A stretch of 63,209 nt of DNA, the filler included, from Reticulomyxa filosa (Eukaryota; Protista; Foraminifera), in assembly GCA_000512085.1 (NCBI GenBank). It is 28 parts of 28 records of this genome, joined end to end, with 100 filler letters (N's around TTAATTAATTAA, not from the genome) between each part and the next. Parts side by side here need not be neighbours in the genome. Positions count along the whole stretch, not along the records: positions 1 to 4,407 come from ASPP01036993.1; positions 4,508 to 6,354 come from ASPP01027791.1; positions 6,455 to 8,892 come from ASPP01039226.1; positions 8,993 to 10,349 come from ASPP01000469.1; positions 10,450 to 11,519 come from ASPP01026170.1; positions 11,620 to 15,528 come from ASPP01039346.1; 22 more parts are not named here. One strand, 5' to 3'. This document shows positions 1 through 14,600 of the stretch, piece by piece. Numbering within the stretch: position 1 is the stretch's first letter; every line of letters starts with the position of its first letter. Under the pieces are notes generated by a model. That model was not told the origin of the DNA, did no database searches, and saw only the letters and a list, made by a program, of their open reading frames with translations. A program made the translations under genes and the position numbers.

Positions 1-424
1 TCCAAAGAAAAATTTCGGGGTTGAAGCCATCCCCGTGTTGAAAAAAAAATAAAAGGGTTTGAATTTTTTTTTATTATTTTTTATATTTTATTATAAAATA
101 ATGGTTTGTTTTGTAATAGGCATGCCCCCATCAAAAAAATTTTTTTTGAATCCCCCCCTTCAAATTGACAAAAGAAAAAATGAATAGGAAGATTGGGATT
201 GGAGCTTAGCTCCGGAGTCAAAGTTTTTTTTTTTTTCTTCAAAAAAATGAAAAAATTATTTGATTTTGTTGTGTTTATAGGTTGCAAATCGTCAATGAAA
301 GATTGGAAGTTTTTGTTTTTTTATTTTTATATTTTTTATTTTTTACTTGTATTGAGATAGAGGGAAAATTGGGGAAAATTAAAGTGGGAAATTGATGGGA
401 AAATGGGAAAAAATAAGGAGAAAG

Positions 425-580
425 ATGGGAAAAATTTTAATTAAGAATGTTGGGGAAAATTTAATTAAAACCGTGAAAATTTTAATTAAGAAGGCCGGTG
501 AAAATTTTAATTAAGAAAATTGGGGAAAATTTCAATTAAAAAAGTTGGTGAAATTTTAATTGAGAAAAATGGGGAAAAAA
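425..580. repeat. Degenerate ~23-25 bp tandem repeat (GGGGAAAATTTTAATTAAGAA-like)
   Basis: About six imperfect copies of a GAAAATTTTAATTAA core in a low-complexity stretch. Confidence 0.6.
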
Positions 581-934
581 TTATATTTTAGAAATGAAAA
601 AATGAAAAAATATATAATTAGAAAATAAAAAAATGAAAAAGAAAAAAAAAATAACAAAATTATAAAAAAGGAAAAAAAAATAAAAAAAGACGACAATGGG
701 GAAAAAAGAAAAAAGGGGAGAAAGTGGAAAAATAAAGACGGGAAAATATCCCGCAAAAGCGCAGAGCGCGCTAATTTGATCGCCGCCACGACCAATACAG
801 AGTTCATCGAAGTGGCGAGCTTTGGCAAGGAAAAAGTCGTAAGAATTAATATGTGTTGGATTGGACAAGACTTTGCCATCAAGTAAATAAAAAAATATTG
901 GCAGGACGAGTTATCATATATATAATAACTTCTC

Positions 935-3655
935 ATAGCGCCCCAATGAAACTACCGGACGAGTGTGGCAATATCAAGGAAGTGGCAATCTGAAAAATTG
1001 GAAGAACTTGTATATTCATTCGTTGATGACAAATAAATATCTACAAATGATTCTTCCTCAACAACAGTAGGAGCAGCTCGAATGGATTCAGTCTTCACTT
1101 CAATTCTACATAAGATGGCACAGAATCAAGGAGATATGAATTGCGATTTACGGGCGCCGAGTACATCAAGTTTTGTGAAATAGCAAAAAAAAAATAGTAT
1201 GAAATCTTTTTTTATTAAAATAAAAAAAAACAATAATGTATACGTGTATATGTGTATGCATATACAGATGCGGGAAATAAAGCGAAAACTGTAGTTGGTG
1301 GTGGTAATCGAATTTTGTGAGCTGTTTACGTAACAAGAAAAGCGTGGCCCTTTCAAGTGATTTCGTGTGCAATGGAGGTGATTGGAAGTGGATTTTTGTC
1401 GACAATGTTGTTGGACGTTCGCTATCAAGTTTCAAAAACAACAACTAAGACTACATGCACAGCCAAGACGCAAACACCCTTCACGAGCTCAAACAGTGGA
1501 AACAGTGCTACAAGAATCGCTCTAATTACCTTCGCTGGACTGTCCCCGAGATCGGCTATGGCTGACGGACGACTTGTTAGACGCAATGCAGTACTTGTAT
1601 TCGTTGCATTATCCAGCATTTGCAGAACGACCAATAAGTCCAATACTAAAGAAGGAGATAATAATGGTATCCTCATTGAAACTAATTCAAACTTCGGATA
1701 TGGTCGTTATTGGAAATGCTCTAATTAGAAGGGCGACCAGAGCGGATGGCTTCGGTGATAGTATTGGAATAATTGGACAAGATCTATCAATTTAATCAGA
1801 ACAAACTGGATCTTGGTGCCGCATGACCACGAAGTCAAACTTGCCATGATAAAAGAAAACGAAGGCTTGATGGTCTTGCGCAAAGTAGCAGCGATCGGAT
1901 GGACCGAAGGAGTAGAAGATAATGAATAAGATGCCGAAAACATTATTAAAAAATATTAGCACTAGTGGGTGAACAAATTACGACGTTTGGATAGTCGCTA
2001 TGTGCGAGTGGCCCAATTTGATTGAGAAGAAGCAAAGAAAGAATATTCCAAGATCCGGGGGGGGGGCTATAACGCGTTGGATTTGTTTTTGTTTTTTTAA
2101 AAAAAAAAGTTTGTAGGCTTTACTGCGTTTGATTATGGAATTGATCGTTATAAACACGATTGGCGATTTTGCGCGTTGTCAGATATGGACGAACTTATAT
2201 AGCGCACCCCAATGGAACTGCTGGACGTGTGGCAATATCAAGACAGTGGCACCTGAACAATTGAAAAGACTTGTCCATGTATACGTTGATGGCGAATAAG
2301 TCTCTACAGATGATTATCCTTCAGCAAAAATAGTAGGGGCAGTTCAAATGGAATTCAATCTGTCACTGTAACTCTACATGGGATGGCACAGCGTCAAAGA
2401 GAGAGTGGAATTGCGATTTACCGGAGCCAAGTATAACAAGGCTTTTGAAATAGCCAACAAAAAGAAAAAAAGGATACAAACATCAATGGTTCATTTACGA
2501 CATTTTGGTTATTTGCGATATCACATCCACTTGTGCCCAAAAATCCGACAATTTACATTTGTATTCATATCTACTCACAACGCAAGGTCATTTTTTATTG
2601 AAATAAAAAAAAATAATAATAATGGATAAGTATGTATATGTGCATATAGAGACAGATGCCGAAATTAAAGCGAAAACTGTGGTTGATAGCGGTAATAGCA
2701 TTTTGTGGTATGCACTTGATATCTTGCGTAAAAGGAAAAGCGCGGCCTGATTTCGCTGATTTTGTGTGCAATGGTAGTAATCGTAAGTGGATTTTGTTGA
2801 CAATGCTGTCTCTCTATTTTGAAACGTGATAGCGAACGTTCAACAACAACAACCATGACGACAGGCACAGGCAAGACTCAGACCTCTTCCATGTGCTCAA
2901 ACAGTGGAAACAGTGATAGTGGTAGTGCGTCATCTAATTCCAACAGCGCCGAAAGAAAGAGCTAATAAAATAACGATATCAGAATCAGAACAGCAAGACG
3001 ACCGCCGACGAACAAGAAAAAATCATTGTTGTGGAAATTGGCGCTAGTTTATGGCTTGCCGCAAGATCCGCGCTGATTACTTTTGCTGGATTAGAATCCA
3101 ATCGTAATATTGCATTATTAACAGTTGGACAAGATTCGTTCAAATAAATCCCGGACGATCTTGATTTTGCAGTCGGACGGCACCAAGATTCAGTTTCCAA
3201 GATAAAAGAAAAGTAAAACGTGATGATATTACATAAAGTAATAACAATATGAACATTACGGCGTCGCAGCGACGAGATTTACTGAAGAAGTAGAAAAAGA
3301 TGAAAAAAAGGACTTGAACGTTGTTACGTGTATGGCGGTCGAGTAAACTACAATATCGGAAGAATCATTTCATATGCGAAGGTTCAATTTGGTGGAGAAG
3401 TTATGCGAAGATCAAACCAAGATCATCCGCAAACAAGAAGGGAAGATGGAGATGATACACAGAAGAAAGAGAACGCCAAGACTCCGGGGAGCTATACTGC
3501 GTTGGATTCTTTTTTTTAAAAAAACGTTGTCGGCTTTGCTGGTTGTGGAATGATTCTTCAAACACTCAAAATAGCGATTTTGCGCGCTCTAATTTCATAA
3601 TGCGCCAACCGAAGCTGCTGGATGATCGTGACAATATCAAGCGAAGTGGCAATGA
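935..3655. repeat. Diverged tandem duplication (~1.3-1.4 kb unit, two copies plus the start of a third); probably decayed gene copies
   Basis: Collinear matching blocks: ATAGCG..CCCCAATG.AACT (935 vs 2199), GAATTGCGATTTAC (1138 vs 2408), TAAAGCGAAAACTGT (1278 vs 2667), CTCAAACAGTGGAAACAGTG (1488 vs 2896), GCGATTTTGCGCG (2163 vs 3574). Minus-strand ORFs share an S/N-PAKVI motif. No long ORF survives. Confidence 0.8.
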
Positions 3656-4407
3656 TGGTATGATAATGACAACAACAAAACGCAGCCTATGTTTTTCATT
3701 GTCAATTGTTGCAAGATATTAGACTGGTGTTGTGCGCCGATATTTGCATACCGTTTCTGTGTTCCAGATACTTTGGCTCGGTGTGCGTGGAAGACCTAAT
3801 GTTGCTACGCCATTTGTTACGAAGAGCAACAACGTCGTACTAGTCGATAATTGGGTCAGTGATTCAAAAGCTGCTCCACCATTTGGCGAAATAAGGTAAT
3901 GAATCGCTTCAATGTGTTGGGGGAGGGGGAGGGGTTCTGGGCATTGCTGGGTAGATAAGTGGACAACGTTAGTGTCAGCTGTCGATCGTATTATACCTTC
4001 TCCCGAAGCGTCGTCGCTGTGAATACGTATTTGGTTACCAAAAACTGAATTACTCAGACTCGATGAGCGGAAGTATTTGTTATTGACAAGGTCGTCACTC
4101 AAGAAATGATAGCGTTATAGTGAACGAGCCTTTCAATATTGCCAACTTTCCCCAAGTCTGTTTAATCGTCCAAAATAAATACGTGATGGGGCATTGCCAT
4201 GGAATTCGAAGCGCGCATTTGAGCAGAAAAGAACTCAATTTATGGCAGCACTGACTTTTGTTATAGTTGGTCATTTATGTACGCCTGCCACTTTCCTGTT
4301 ATGCCTGACGTTATAAATCGTATTTGTGTTCATTGTACGAAAAAGTTTTTATATGTGTATTAATTTTTTTTTATGTACATTATACGTATATTGATTATAC
4401 ATTTATG

Positions 4408-4507
4408 NNNNNNNNNNNNNNNNNNNNNNNNNNNNNNNNNNNNNNNNNNNNTTAATTAATTAANNNNNNNNNNNNNNNNNNNNNNNNNNNNNNNNNNNNN
4501 NNNNNNN
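4408..4507. other. Artificial contig-joining spacer (first of 27)
   Basis: 44 N + TTAATTAATTAA (stops in all six frames) + 44 N. Further copies start at 6355, 8893, 10350, 11520, 15529, 16825, 20515, 22172, 24048, 25148, 26517, 27928, 32267, 34541, 36356, 37669, 39464, 43437, 48270, 49734, 51565, 54576, 56126, 58767, 60451 and 61755. Adjacency across spacers has no biological meaning. Confidence 0.98.
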
Positions 4508-7500
4508 TGCTGCTAGGACCACTCCGGAAAACACAATTTGCAAATATGAGCCTTTTCGATGGCAAAGCTCTGTATAACACGTCTTTTTCGGTTTTGGAAT
4601 TTTGACTTGTGATTGTAAAGACCTTAAGTTCATGTCTCGAAAACAAAAAGTTCCTTCCCGAAAAGCAGAAGCAGACTTTGTAAAAAAAAATTATTTTTTC
4701 TAAGTTCTACTATCAAGGTTTTTAATTCTTTACATATCTTCTTATTCAATTCGACAGCATCCATTTTTTTTTTTGCAATTATTCATCATAAGGATAATTT
4801 ATTTTCTCTGTGAAAAATCAATGTCAATCCAAATTTTTTGGTATATTGACAGTTTGTAGACTTACACATAAAAGAAGTGAGAATTTGCAAATAGATATAG
4901 GATTTAACACTTTTGCAAAGTGATCAAGGTACTAACAGCGTGAATTTGTCAACTCTTTTCTCCAGATCAGTGTATACACTTTTTGATCACTTCTAGCTCA
5001 CTTTTATTCTCTTATTAATTCAATTTTTGCTTTTTATTGAATCAGACAGAAGAAGAGTATTACACCCAAGCGTACGATCTGGTGTGTTAAAGTATTTTTT
5101 TAATGTTGCATGTAAAAAAATGTACTATGTTAATCATTTCCAAAAAAAGATAATTTGCAAATGGAAACAAATATTACAAAGTCTAAAATATACAAAAATA
5201 TACAGTACGGTGACAAAACTGACAATTCCTTTCAACAAGGCGACTGTTCAAATGCTAATGATAAACACAAAGCGTATCGTTTTATGCTTACGATTGTATA
5301 CAATGTCAAGTACAATCTCGATCACACTCAATACTATTGCACCTGCTATCCATAAGATTACAAGGAAAAGTCATGGCAATAATCCCAACACACTGAATAT
5401 CACAAACAATAAGCTTCTGATGCAACTATTGCTGCTAATCTACGTTACCAGAGTATACGTATTTGATCGAGTTTCTAGTAGCTTCGAATATTTTCCTTCT
5501 TTTATCATTCGATTCCACGTGAAATCTCCAAGTACAACAACACATAGTCGTGCACGAGCGTAAAGAACTGTACACATGACAAACGTCGAAATCCAGTAAT
5601 GTATATCTTGTTTGTGCAACTTGGCAAGCTCTCCCTTTCATTTGTGCAATCAAGTTTTCAGGTTTTTTCAAATTGGTGAGGAATATATTAGTAAAAAAAA
5701 ATGAACATGTAATTCAAGTTTTTTTTTAGGAGTTTCCACAAACAGTGTGCAATTTTTAAATATCGTTTGGATGTTATTCCATCTTTTCAACTCTCTTAAA
5801 AAATTTTAATCTTTTATTCTTTCTTTAAAAAATTTTTCAAATTTTGGATTTTTCGCTTACTTTTTAAATTCTTGGAAAAAGGTTAACACTTATTTATTTG
5901 TGAAATTTGCCATTATTTTTGGATTATGTTTCAAAAAATAAAATTTTACTTCGGCGTTACTTTTTTATGTATTAAATAATTGCGTTGTCAGTGTGAATAT
6001 TTTTTATCGCTGCATATAAAACGCACCACGATGATTGTTTGCAAAACAAACAAAAAAAGATATCAGCAGCAATAGTGATAGCAAACAAGATAACAAATAT
6101 TATCCAAAAGCTACAGAAAATGCTCAAATTTTTATACACCCAACACAACCTCCAATAGTGACTGAAAGGATAATGATAATAAGAAGGATCAAAAATGCAA
6201 CCGCAACTAAAGAATGTCTGTAATCATATGATCTCATTCAAATCTTACTGATTTCGACCAACACCATCGGCGATCCAATTATACAAAAATATTAAATTGG
6301 CAATAACGAGGATCACTGTGAGAATTAAAAATATAAGGAAGTCACTACATGTTCNNNNNNNNNNNNNNNNNNNNNNNNNNNNNNNNNNNNNNNNNNNNTT
6401 AATTAATTAANNNNNNNNNNNNNNNNNNNNNNNNNNNNNNNNNNNNNNNNNNNNGCAAAAATACATCGGAGTCGTAGATGCAGTGAAAAAGAGCAATCAC
6501 AATCCCAATGGAAGCGAAGTGCAAACGTTGTTGGACGAAATTTGGCACTTGTTGGATAATTTATTTCCACGCAATGACAATATGTATGCGCTGTTGATCT
6601 AGTATGCAGCTATGGTCAAATAATGGAGTGCGTTGCGCGTTTGAAGACTTAGCATTGATCAACACAGGAGGATACCACAGGGACAGAAATAAAACAGCGT
6701 TGGGTCGCATTCGCTCATGCTATCGGCAACTTTGTCAAAGGATAAAGTAAACGCCAATACAAACAAGGCGTACAAAAAAAAAAAAAAAAAAAGAGTCCTT
6801 TGGATATGTGGTCCGAGTATGAATCAAAGTTGAAAATGGGATCGAATCCATGTCCGAAGACGGAGTGCTCAACGCGATGATTGGCAGAGCGAACGAAGTT
6901 TGGGCCAAGATTAATATTGACGAGTATTTGGAACAGCAAATGTTTCATGATCGACCTAACCATGGTGGAAAGTATTAATGCTTTTCAATTGAGTCGATCA
7001 AAAGGAAAAGAACTGCTGCGTGTCTGCTGAAACACAAATCAAATGAAGTTGGTAAGATACTCGCTCTTTTGTATTGAATGACAAATCTATAGTCAGTCCT
7101 GTGATTTTTTTGCTTGGAATTGGATCAATTGGAGTGCTATTGGCATACATTGGCCAAATACAAATGTTGGATGGCAATCAGACAACCCTTGTTGTGTGGA
7201 TTTTTGCGCATTTTGGCAAATGCTTGGCTTCAGGATTTGTTGTATTGCTTTGAAGAGATAAACCATTTTCCCAGTGAATATAAATACATGCAGATATTAA
7301 TAACAAAATAAAGCTCGAATAATGACAAGCCTGTCCAAGAATGAAATCAATTTCAAAGACATGTTGCCAATAATTGTCTGGAACTTGCTGTCAAATATAA
7401 AATGACAGATTACGAAGGAATTGTGGTACTGACAAATTGCCGATCGTTGGAAAAATTGATATCAATGACGTGAGTTATGTGTATCGACTTGCTGATGACT

Positions 7501-8199
7501 CCTCATTGTGTTTGTTGTCACTCAAATGCCGGAAGAGTCCATTCATTGGGCTTGTGTTTTGAGTAAGCAAACCGATGCACAAAGATTAAAATCCGAATCC
7601 AAATATCGTCACAAGCACAGCAGTCACATCAAAAGCGATGTTAGCAAACATATCACAACGGGCTGTTTGGGTCATAAATTAATGATATTCGTTTGGTTTC
7701 ACGATCATTCTTTTTTTTTTCTTTGTCGTTTATCAAAAATTTCTTGTTTTCTTGTTTTTGCATTTTGGAGATTATTTTATTATTCAATCTGTTTTGTATT
7801 ATCATATAAAATTATTGAGCTGACGTTTCATAATTTTTTGATAATAAATAAAATACTAAGTCTATTCACTATTCTTTATTAGTTTCTGTTTGTGATTATT
7901 CGTCACCTTTTTCAATACTTGTTAAATCATGTGTATGTTAGCAATGTTTTCTTGAGCACTACAAAAAGAAAATTAGTTGTAGAAATACTGAAATTGTAAA
8001 ACATTCAGTTTGGCAACGTTTTTACTTTCACAAAAAAAGGTTCTAAAAAAATATACTAAAAAACTTTAAACAAACCCCCTCCTAATCTTTTCAACATTCG
8101 AACGAAAATTAATGCTGAGCAATCAGAAAGGGGAAGAAGAAGATCTTCTTGCTGAAGCTTCAAGAGTGAAAGAAAAAGAAAACGACAAAGAAAAACACA

Positions 8200-8660
8200 A
8201 GACAAAAACAAAGAAACTAGAGAAGGTTTTGATGAATGAATTAAACGGTGAAAATAGAGATATTCATAGTTCATGTGTAAAATTGCTTGATACAATTTCA
8301 AGAAATTGTCTGAGAAATAATTTAAAAAAGCTGTTGATTCTTTCATAAATGGATTGAAAGGTGGATATGGATCATATGCAAATTACTTGGAATTAACTAA
8401 TAAACAACTGGAAAAAGTATTAAACATTTTGATGAGTGGGTTAAAAGATAAATTATGTACAAAATCATTTGGAGTAATTTTAACGAATTTGATTGAAAAG
8501 AGTTTTCAATGCTTTGATATTTGTTTCCAAACATTTAATGAATACATATATTAACACAGTTGATAATAAAGAGTGGGCAATGCTACTCGAAAGAATATCT
8601 ATGAATTAGTATATCTATTGGAAAGGGCAAAAAAAAGATCTATATGGCATATGCAAAAAA
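8200..8660 (+). pseudogene. Decayed HEAT-repeat (PBS-lyase-like) gene copy
   Basis: Repeating helical units KKLEKVLMNELNGENRDIHSSCVKLLDTIS and LTNKQLEKVLNILMSGLKDK...KSFGVI, broken by stops and frameshifts. Confidence 0.55.
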
Positions 8661-11233
8661 TGTTGTCAAAAATGTCCTATTTATTCTCTTCCACCTTTCA
8701 TCTGATGTACATTCCATTGGATGTCTTAAGGATTGGAAGATGAGCTGTTTTCTAATTTGTATTGCTTAACTGATCTATCCTTTCTAAAAATCGAGCAAAC
8801 GCTGCTTCGGTTTCACTTGACCATTCTTAAACCCTTTAATCAAATTGTTTACTTTCTTATTTCAAATTTCTTTTATTTCTAACCAATTACGTNNNNNNNN
8901 NNNNNNNNNNNNNNNNNNNNNNNNNNNNNNNNNNNNTTAATTAATTAANNNNNNNNNNNNNNNNNNNNNNNNNNNNNNNNNNNNNNNNNNNNGTTTTTGG
9001 TACATGTGATCGTAAGTACTGCTGGAGAAGGATTGTGGATGCGTTTAAAGACAAAAATGTGCAACTTACAGTAAAGCATAGTGGTTGTTTGCTGATGTAT
9101 GGCATTGCAATGATTTTGTTTTCTTTGCAAAATATAATGTAATTTATATTTTTCGTTGTGCCAGTACGTTCTCAGTGATGGATTGATGCAAACTTTGAAT
9201 TAGATGTCATACCAAAGTCTGATTTAATCTTTCGACATGACAACGATCAAAAATTCAACTAAAGAATGTATAAAAGAAAATGAAATTAATGTTTTTCTTT
9301 GGTCTGCACAATATCATAATATAAACACAATGGAGAATATGTAGAATGAACTTGATGGTCAAATCAAAAATAGTTTAAAGTTGCTAACTTATGTTGAAAA
9401 TATATTTGAAATTATTCAAGAATAATGTGAGAAAACAGTAGGTCAAAAATTAATTAGTAGCATATTTGACAATGCCAAATATTTGAAAAAAGCTAAAGGT
9501 AAATACACTATATGGTAGCTAAATTTTTTTTATTTTCGGTCAAATTTGTTCAAATTAGTTGTGAATGATATTGTTTCTGATTAGACAATTGAAAAAGATA
9601 TAAACTGAAGTTCACATAAATATACATTTTATTTCATTATTATCAAAAATAACACAACATTGAAACACTTTTGATCGATAGTGTTGTTTAAATATTTGAT
9701 TTTTTTGCGGAAATATTTGCAAATTTTTATTTTAGTGTCAGTTCCACTGTAATTTTGTTTTTCTGTTGTTTGCATGTTGTACTTTTTTGTTCAAATGTTT
9801 AATGCATAATTTGATGCGTTTTAGATTTTTTCTTTGCTATTTGATTTTTTTTTCTTTATTCTTTTGTGATGTATTTGATACTTTTTCCGAGACTAATTTT
9901 TCATTCTTTGGAATAAGTGTCGTTACCAACACGTAACGCATAAAACTTTTTTTACGTAATCGACAAAATATTTTTCAAATTTTATGTAATGTTTCTACCT
10001 GTCGCATTAAAACTGAATATCAATTTATCAACATTTTCTCATTGTAGTACTCATGATATGTCGTAATAAGCAATTCTTGCAAAACCCAAGTGAACTTTGG
10101 AACCCTTTATTCTAACAACACAATACTCACTTTCAAGACTTGTTTTTCCTCTTTCACTTTGTGGGACGTCAGCTGGAAGAGGTTATACTAAATGTAATAC
10201 GAAAAGGGTTTTACTCAGGAAACCAGTGTTCGGTAAAACAAAAGTGAATAAATAAAAGAAAGATGAATGACGCAACAAAAGAAGAAAACAAAACAAAAGA
10301 GTAAATGAAGTTGGTTGAGGAGTTTTAGCCCACTGGGGACTCCCAGGTTNNNNNNNNNNNNNNNNNNNNNNNNNNNNNNNNNNNNNNNNNNNNTTAATTA
10401 ATTAANNNNNNNNNNNNNNNNNNNNNNNNNNNNNNNNNNNNNNNNNNNNAATTAAAAATCCAGATTCGGAGGATTCACTTAACACGATTATATTCACATG
10501 CACTCTTCGCTCCGCGTCGCGTTTTAACCACTATTATGGTATTGGTTCTTTATCAGGATGAGGTTCTAACACTAACAATTATCGGATCATATCCCGAATG
10601 AGTTTCGTCATTCAGTATCGTTTTGTTGTATACTTTTTTTTGAACACATTCTATTATCACAAGACAAACAAGTAAACAAACACATAAATAATGTAAGAAA
10701 ATCAACTAATCAAAAAAAATAAATTCGAAGGCTAAAAATCACACACAAAATTAGAATGGTGTTCAATTCTTCCATTTTGACAATCGTCGTAGTCATGGCC
10801 ACTTTCGTCTTCGCTTCTACATTTGCTTGTTCTTATGCTTCTACCTTCGTCTCCACTGTATCACCAGGGAGTGGCAGCACTGTGTCGTTCGTTACATCCG
10901 GAGGTGGCAGTTATTTTGGCCTTGTATTTCAAAAACGTTGCATCAGAAGTGTTGCCGACACAGATGAACATGCAAAACATACAAAAAGGTGTCAATAAGC
11001 AAGGATGTTGTAGAATTGCAAACATGTAGTTTGATCGATTCAACTAGATTGATTCAATGTGGTCATTTCCAATCAAATGTACAAGCAAAAAATTAATCTT
11101 ACTCGTAAAAAAAAAAAGCGGGAAGTTATTTCACAGAATGCCTTTACTATGTGATGATACAAACTGTGGTGTCATCAAAATGATTGGAAGATAATTTGAA
11201 ATGAACTATCAAATTAATCAAAGAAAATGCACT

Positions 11234-11274
11234 TTGTGATGAAGAGTTTGACATATGTCAACTCTTCATCACAA
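11234..11274. repeat. 41-bp near-perfect palindrome
   Basis: TTGTGATGAAGAGTTTGACAT|ATGTCAACTCTTCATCACAA. The arms are reverse complements except for one extra T, with no loop. Confidence 0.9.
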
Positions 11275-11619
11275 TGTCTATGTTTACAAACATGCTACAT
11301 TTTGAACATGATATAAATCACAGTATTGAACTTTCTTGAATGAAGATTCATTTTTCTTTTTTTTTTTCGATTTTTCTAATGATTGTCCTTTGTGGAGATT
11401 TGCTAATATCAAAAAAAGCATAAAGCCAAAACAAATAGATGTATTATGAAAATGATAATAAACTTGATTTAGCAATATACAGTAGGTTGCAAAGAAAATT
11501 GAACGCCTAAAACATATCTNNNNNNNNNNNNNNNNNNNNNNNNNNNNNNNNNNNNNNNNNNNNTTAATTAATTAANNNNNNNNNNNNNNNNNNNNNNNNN
11601 NNNNNNNNNNNNNNNNNNN

Positions 11620-14600
11620 TGATGTCTAAGTCAAGTAATGTGGATATTGTGTTATTTTTTTGGCCAGACATTGACTCATTCACAGATATTAAACGAGGCA
11701 ATTCTTCTTCCCTTTTTTTGAGAGTGTTATTGGAAGTCTGTTCGACTGTTTGCATAAAGGTATCGCAGAGTGAATTAGACAATTTTTACGTTGACAAACA
11801 AACTATACAAGACAAGATGGAAGAAGGACAGAGTATGGGAGGTGGAATTCAAGTTGGAATGAAAGAACAACAAAAAAACGACGTGTCCTGTAATGTCGAA
11901 AAAATGCAATCATTTCCAATTGAGAAGGAAAAAAAGGAAGATAGTTCAAACGGAAGTGTAATATCAAAGCGTGCATTTGTAATCGAAGGAGCACAGTCCG
12001 CGATTCTATGTCATTGTTCCATTCAAGAACACGTAACTGAATTCAAGCCACTTCAATTTACATTTTCAAGCAAAGAAGAATTAATGAATTACATTAAACA
12101 AACCGCACAAACATATCGATTAAAACTTTGGGACGAGGCTTTTGATACGTGGGGAAAAGCACTTATTTTTGCGGAATCCATTTGTCCTGAGTTGATTGAG
12201 GTTCCAATATTTATTTATTTATGTGATATTATATGCACATATGCATGACTTTTTGTTGATAAATGGACTAGGAATTTAATCAGCAATCACGTTTGATTGA
12301 TGAAGAGCATAAAACGCAGATTAGCACAGTGCAATCAACAGCACAAGAACAATGGAATGTTGAAATGTTGGGACTGGAATTTGAATATGGCGAAATATTT
12401 GCCTACAAATGCAAGAATAGAAATCTCGCAGAGCTGAGAGAAATAGCAAATGGATTGTCAAACGAAAAAATTAATAGCTTTTTTTCTGTCGGCTGTAGCA
12501 ACTCGAGTGCATTTCCTTCGAAAAAGGATTTAGACAATGGTGTCATGGCCTTAACAAAATTTATTCCAAACAATGCGAAACATCACCCATTTTCGGACAA
12601 TAACATTTTTAGAGAGTTGGATGGTGATGTTAAGAAATTGTATAAATGGTACGAAGACGACCTACGTAAGGTTGAAGAATCGGTTAGGAAACAATTCGAA
12701 CAGGAGAAAAGAGAAGCAGAAGAAAAAAAAGAAAAAGAAAAAGAAAAAGAAAAAAAGAAGAATAAAAACAAGAATAAAAATAATAACAACGATAAAAATA
12801 AAGACAAAGAACAAGTAAAAAAGATAGAACCAACAGAAATGAACAATACAAAACAAACGGAGAAGGAGACTGTAAAAAATGAGACAAAAAAGCAACCGAA
12901 AGCAGAACCGAGTGGTAATACAAGTACTTCTGCGACAAGCATTAAAAAAAAAGTCAACAAAGCAGAAAATGCCAAAGCGATAGAAAAAAAGAAAGAAAAA
13001 ACAGAAGATGAAAAAGAAGAAAAAGAGGAAGTCAAGGCGAAGCCTAGCACTAGTGACACTAGTGATACTAATGACATCAAAAAAAAGACCAAACCTGTCA
13101 CTGAGCCAAAAGATAAACCAAAGAGTGCAAACGAACCTGTAAACAATGGAGAAGACAAGCCTCAAACGAGCAACGAAAGCCTAGAAAAAGAACAGAATAA
13201 GGACAAGGATAAAGACAAAGATGAAGATAAAGATAAAGAAAATGAAAAAAACAAAGAAAAAAAAGAAGTGGAGCAAAGGGAAGAAGCAACAAAAGAAAAA
13301 CAAGGAAAAATAAGAAATGAAAACAATAATCTAAAATCAGATGATGAAAGGGGACAAACAAAGAATGAAAATAAAAATAATCAACAGTCTATTGGAGACA
13401 AAGACAAGGATTCGCACACTGAATCCGGATCGTGGTGGATTCTAAAAAAACTAATCTCATTGTTAAGTGGCGACACGCAGCTGACGGAAGAAGACAAACA
13501 AGTAATCAAAGACAGACTTGCATGCTATGACTATACACAATTGCAAATAAGATGCATAGCAGGATTGGGCAAGATTTATGAGCAGTGCAAGCAGATGTTC
13601 ATTAACAATAATCAAATCAAATCGATTTCCTTTCGAGAAGGAGAATTGAAGAAAGATTATAACAACAATCGATCAAACCGAGAGTCAGAATTGAACAAAA
13701 CATTTTTGAAAAAATTGAATGAAAGAATGAACAATGATAATTCATTATCTTATGATATAAAAAAGTGTTATAACAACGAATTGAGAGGAAGTATTGAAAC
13801 AAAACTAAAGCCAATTCGACACTTGACATTTTCATTTGGTGATTTCACCACACAAGACTCGAGACCTGACCACGTGGAATTAAAACAAGCAGTCCAAAAA
13901 AAAAATGAATTTGATATTCGTGGAAATGAAGAATTGATATTCGCATATGGATTGGCTAACAATGAAATGGTGTTAGTGCTTTCCATTGACAGGAATGTGT
14001 CTGATGCCCTGACAGTGGAGGAAAAATATAGTGATGACGACAAAAATGCAAGCAAACAAGATGTGTGGAGTGAGCAATACAATCAAAATTGCATTACCAA
14101 AATTTTCTTGTCCTCAAGACAGGTATTAAATAAACAGAAGCCAAAAGAAGAACTGAGAGGTAAAATAACATTAGCCGCTTTGAGTGAGCAAAAGCATTCA
14201 ATGGTATTGTACGAACGTGCAAGACAACTCATTCACGTATACAAATGGAATGAACGAATTACAGACTCTTTGCAACAATTAAAAAACAAAACTGTCCGTT
14301 TGTGTGATCAAGTATTACCCGATGACTTTTATGTTATGAGTATGTGTTTCGACAACAAAGATGACAACTTATACATTTCGGATAACAAAAATAGAATCTA
14401 TTGCATTGAATTAGATACTGGTTTGTTCAATAATGAACGCGAAATTGTTTGTGGAAAGCAATACTCCAAAGTAATGGTGACATTGGAAGGAGGATTCATT
14501 GTTGGAATCAAGCCTCAAGAACAAGAAGGAAATGTGCAAACATCTAGTGGAACACTTGGTGAAACACCTGGTAAAAACAATGAACCTGGAAGTATGAAGG

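Noticed and set aside
6455-10349. Alternative genetic code (stop-codon reassignment) to explain the many interrupted frames
   Set aside because: Conserved genes in the window read cleanly in the standard code and end in TAA or TGA. The interrupted regions also contain frameshifts, which fits pseudogene decay.
12573-13361. Several hydrophobic Phe/Leu/Ser-rich ORFs resembling membrane proteins (similar cases at 556-936, 21374-21904 and 26343-27258)
   Set aside because: They are antisense or alternative-frame shadows of K/E/N-rich coding sequence or of poly-A/T tracts.
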